Below are positions 45,768 to 47,924 of a stretch of DNA of 47,924 bases, in pieces. Origin of the DNA: Gemmatimonadales bacterium (GTDB lineage Bacteria > Gemmatimonadota > Gemmatimonadetes > Gemmatimonadales > GWC2-71-9). Under the pieces are notes generated by a model that made no database searches, had not been told where the DNA came from, and saw only the letters and a list, made by a program, of their open reading frames with translations. The translations under genes were made by a program, and so were the position numbers. Every line of letters starts with the position of its first letter. Positions within the stretch are counted from its first letter, which is position 1. The stretch covers positions 1 through 47,924 of the forward strand of contig DAINRP010000001.1 in assembly GCA_036741755.1 (NCBI GenBank), given 5' to 3'.

Positions 45768-46234
45768 CGTTCCTCGGCTTCGACAAGAATCTGATGAAAG
45801 GCGATCGGGTCCCGGGCCAGCAGGAGGGCCTCCCGGACGCTCTCACGGCGCACCAGCCGCGCGATGCGGGAGAGCGCCTTCACGTGCTGCCCCGCGGCGC
45901 TCTCCGGGCCGATCAGCAGGAAGAACAGGCGGACTGGCTCGCCGTCCAGCGCTTCAAAGGCTACGCCATGGGAGGCGCTTCCCGCCACGAGACTCAGTTC
46001 CGCCACCATCGGGGACTTGGCGTGCGGGATCGCGATCCCGTGCCCGATGCCGGTGGACAGCACCTGCTCCCGCTCCAGCACGGCATCCAGGAGCGGCTCG
46101 AGATCGACCCCGGCCCGCTCGGCGAGGAGCGTGGTCAGTTCGCGGAGGACGCCGGGCTTGTCGGCGGCCTCGACGGGCACCTTGATGCGTTCGGGGGTCA
46201 GGAGTTCGGTGAGCAGCAATCCGGGATCTGGCAC
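45764..46234 (-). CDS. ptsN: PTS EIIA-type protein (EIIA-Ntr/PtsN-like)
   Basis: 156 aa with a GTG start. REQVLSTGIGHGIAIPHAKS contains the phosphorylatable His in the IPH context. Its stop overlaps the aspS ATG (ATGA). Confidence 0.8.
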   Translation of the reverse strand: MPDPGLLLTELLTPERIKVPVEAADKPGVLRELTTLLAERAGVDLEPLLDAVLEREQVLSTGIGHGIAIPHAKSPMVAELSLVAGSASHGVAFEALDGEPVRLFFLLIGPESAAGQHVKALSRIARLVRRESVREALLLARDPIAFHQILVEAEER

Positions 46235-46323
46235 GAGGTTGGGGTAACCTAACCCTCCGGCAGGGGGTGGGCAACCGATTCAGGGGTGAGGAGTTAGGGG
46301 AGCGAGGAAGGGGGAGACAGCGA

Positions 46324-46353
46324 GCCGCCGGGGCCCTTGCGGACCCCGGCGGC
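46324..46353 (-). terminator. GC-rich stem-loop downstream of the PKD lipoprotein gene
   Basis: gccgccgggg (46324..46333) pairs perfectly with ccccggcggc (46344..46353). It lies 25 nt past the stop at 46378 on the minus strand. No clear U-tract follows. Confidence 0.4.
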
Positions 46354-46377
46354 CGGAGAGCTCGTCCCACAAGACGC

Positions 46378-47889
46378 TCAGGGCACGCTGAAGGTCTTGG
46401 TGAGCTTGCCGGTCTTCCCGCCGTTGTCGGTCACGGTCAGGGTCCAGGTCAGCGTGTTCGACCGATCGAAGGTACGGGTGAAGCTCGACAGCGTCGAGAG
46501 TACCATGCCGCCACCATTCGTCCACTTGTAAGAAACGATCTGACCATCCGGGTCGCTCGAGGTCCTACCGTTGAAGGTGCAGACGTGAGCCGGGGCCGGC
46601 TGGCAACTGACTGTCCACCGCGCGACCGGCGGCTGGTTGGTGCCAGTCGTCAGCGTAACCGATTTGGTCAGCGAATTGGTGAGTCCTCCTCCATCTCTCA
46701 CCGTCAGCGTCACCTGGTACGTTCCGGCCGTCGCGTAGGTATGTGCTGGCGTGATGCCAGTGCCGGTCGCGCCATCACCGAAGGTCCAGGCGTAGGAGAC
46801 GATACCCACATCGTCCGTCGAGCCGCTGCCGTTGAAGGTGCAGGCCCGGGTGGTGGTGTTGCAGCTGGAGGTGAAGGCCGCCACCGGAGGCTGGTTCGCG
46901 CCGCTGGTGTAGGCCTTGAGGCAGCCGCCAGTTCCCGCGTTGACCCAGTTCTGCTGGATGAGGAAGTCCTTGCCGCCCAGGTTCATGTTGGCAACGCCGG
47001 TGCCGTTGTTGTACGTCGTGCCCCAGGTCCAGGCGCACTTGTCGGCGTTTTCCATGCCCGTGAGCGTCTCCCACCAGGCATCGAGATGCGGATCGGTCGT
47101 CGCCTCTTCGATCTCGTGCGCCAGGACGTTGATCACTGCATCGGCCGCCGCGTCGCCGTTCGGCGAAGCGGTGCCGTTGCAGCAGCCATTGAGGAACACG
47201 CCGACGTAGGGCTGAGCGGCATAGATCACCAGCTTGCCGTTCCAGGTAAAGTCGCCGTGGTAGGCGCAGTACTGGCTGCCGAAGCCACCGCCCAGGTTGG
47301 TGTCGCCCGCGGTGAACACGGCGTAGATCGTCTCGGGATCGCAGGTCAGGCTGCCGTTGTTGAAGCCCTTCACGATTTCCGCCTGGATGGTCGGGTCGCC
47401 CACGGCGCTGCCGTTGGCCGGCGGCACGCTGGCGTTATCGGCCCAGTACGGGACGTAGCTGACGCGGTTGACGACTCTGTGGCCGCCCGCGACGTTGTCG
47501 GTGTAGGTGGTGTGGATATTGAAGTACGGGGAGCCACCGAAGTTCCGCAGGAAGTGGCCGACGAGTGAGCCGTCCTGGGCCCCCGTCCCCTTCGTCCCAG
47601 GCGCGGGGCCGCCCGCGTAGATCGTGTTGTTCGCCCAGTAGATCGCCGCAACCTTGGTCTGGGGAATGATGAGACCGCCGTGATAGTTGATCCCGGTGGC
47701 CTGCGCGCTGACACCGCCAAAGGCCGACGGAGCGCCCCGCATCGCCATGATCTTGGTCCGACCGCCGAACCCTCCGACGACCATCGCGGGAACCCGGGAC
47801 TCGGCCGGCTGGGTCGGGGCCGTCGAATTGTCCGAACAGGCTGCGACCACAAGACCCAGTGAGGAGAGGATGAGCCACTTCTTCCGCAT
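46378..47889 (-). CDS. Secreted lipoprotein: EXORDIUM/Phi_1-like N-terminal domain plus two C-terminal PKD domains
   Basis: Trimmed to MRKKWLILSSLGLVVAAC (lipobox). INYHGGLIIPQTKVAAIYWANN, YCAYHGDF, NVLAHEIEEATTDP and LGGKDFLIQQNW line up by eye with plant EXORDIUM motifs (YHKGALLSG.ISVNLIWYGKF, CGTHG, ..TNP, GRKFLLPALY). Two repeats of the form PPVA.....C......CTFNG..S.D..G.IVSY.W.....TLTV.D..G are PKD-like. Confidence 0.6.
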   Translation of the reverse strand: MRKKWLILSSLGLVVAACSDNSTAPTQPAESRVPAMVVGGFGGRTKIMAMRGAPSAFGGVSAQATGINYHGGLIIPQTKVAAIYWANNTIYAGGPAPGTKGTGAQDGSLVGHFLRNFGGSPYFNIHTTYTDNVAGGHRVVNRVSYVPYWADNASVPPANGSAVGDPTIQAEIVKGFNNGSLTCDPETIYAVFTAGDTNLGGGFGSQYCAYHGDFTWNGKLVIYAAQPYVGVFLNGCCNGTASPNGDAAADAVINVLAHEIEEATTDPHLDAWWETLTGMENADKCAWTWGTTYNNGTGVANMNLGGKDFLIQQNWVNAGTGGCLKAYTSGANQPPVAAFTSSCNTTTRACTFNGSGSTDDVGIVSYAWTFGDGATGTGITPAHTYATAGTYQVTLTVRDGGGLTNSLTKSVTLTTGTNQPPVARWTVSCQPAPAHVCTFNGRTSSDPDGQIVSYKWTNGGGMVLSTLSSFTRTFDRSNTLTWTLTVTDNGGKTGKLTKTFSVP

Positions 47890-47924
47890 GCATGCCTCCG
47901 GACGGGAAATCAGCAAAGGCAGGT

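Noticed and set aside
46229-46244. TGGCAC-containing sequence resembling a sigma-54 -24 box.
   Set aside because: It is simply the reverse complement of the ptsN start (GTG CCA...). The -12 element is TTGG/TGGG rather than TTGC, and no plus-strand gene lies downstream.
1-47924. Search for CRISPR arrays, IS elements or transposases, integrases, phage genes, toxin-antitoxin pairs, rRNA or tRNA genes, and long direct repeats.
   Set aside because: None was seen by eye. All sizeable ORFs are accounted for by housekeeping or metabolic families. The only repeats are intragenic paralogy: two PKD domains, tandem CNNM genes, tandem amidohydrolases and tandem M16 genes. A computational repeat or tRNA scan could still find short elements I missed.

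Overview
High-GC (roughly 68-70% by eye), very compact bacterial chromosomal window. I support 42 protein-coding genes and found no rRNA, tRNA, CRISPR array, transposase or integrase. Signal peptides that end in ...AAQ/TAQ and a TonB-dependent receptor with a CarboxypepD_reg-type N-terminus are compatible with Gemmatimonadota or a similar phylum, but that is a weak inference. Many long ORFs in the track are antisense shadows of real genes, and many track ORFs carry false N-terminal extensions. I trimmed those to starts that form 1-, 4- or 8-nt overlaps with the upstream stop (ATGA, GTGA, TGATG), a pattern seen about 16 times here.

Gene content from left to right:
- NfeD-like protease (partial, runs off the left edge).
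- ECF sigma / zinc-finger anti-sigma / Spy-CpxP-like periplasmic module.
- Thiolase and glycerophosphodiester phosphodiesterase.
- A secreted four-gene hydrolase operon: two M16 peptidase-like proteins and two amidohydrolases.
- rplU-rpmA, then RNase G/E.
- Acyl-CoA dehydrogenase, PQQ-type sugar dehydrogenase, short RecQ.
- A 12.3-kb run of 11 co-directional minus-strand genes: meaB, acyl-CoA mutase large subunit, eRF1-like protein, HAD hydrolase, B12-binding mutase small subunit, MccB/AtuC/GcdA-type carboxyltransferase, TPPII-like S8 lipoprotein peptidase, AtuA/DUF1446, its small partner, crotonase, and a 49-aa membrane peptide.
- DedA and ChrA.
- A histidine kinase plus NtrC-type activator, followed by a near-consensus sigma-54 promoter driving a secreted ComEA-like HhH protein.
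- TonB-dependent receptor.
- phoH-ybeY-CNNM-CNNM-mgtE.
- ptsN-aspS.
- An EXORDIUM/Phi_1-like plus two-PKD-domain lipoprotein.

Best candidates for something under-described:
1. A bacterial eRF1/Pelota-fold protein with GGQ changed to GGR, translationally coupled to a HAD phosphatase-like gene and wedged between the two halves of a split acyl-CoA mutase. The mutase active-site residues (Phe/Gln) look isobutyryl-CoA-mutase-like rather than methylmalonyl-CoA-mutase-like.
2. An atu-like acyl-CoA cluster interrupted by, and start/stop-overlapped with, a 941-aa TPPII-like subtilase lipoprotein.
3. The M16/M16/amidohydrolase/amidohydrolase operon, in which three of the four members have degenerate metal-binding motifs.

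All homology calls come from reading the translations by eye. None has been verified by a database search.
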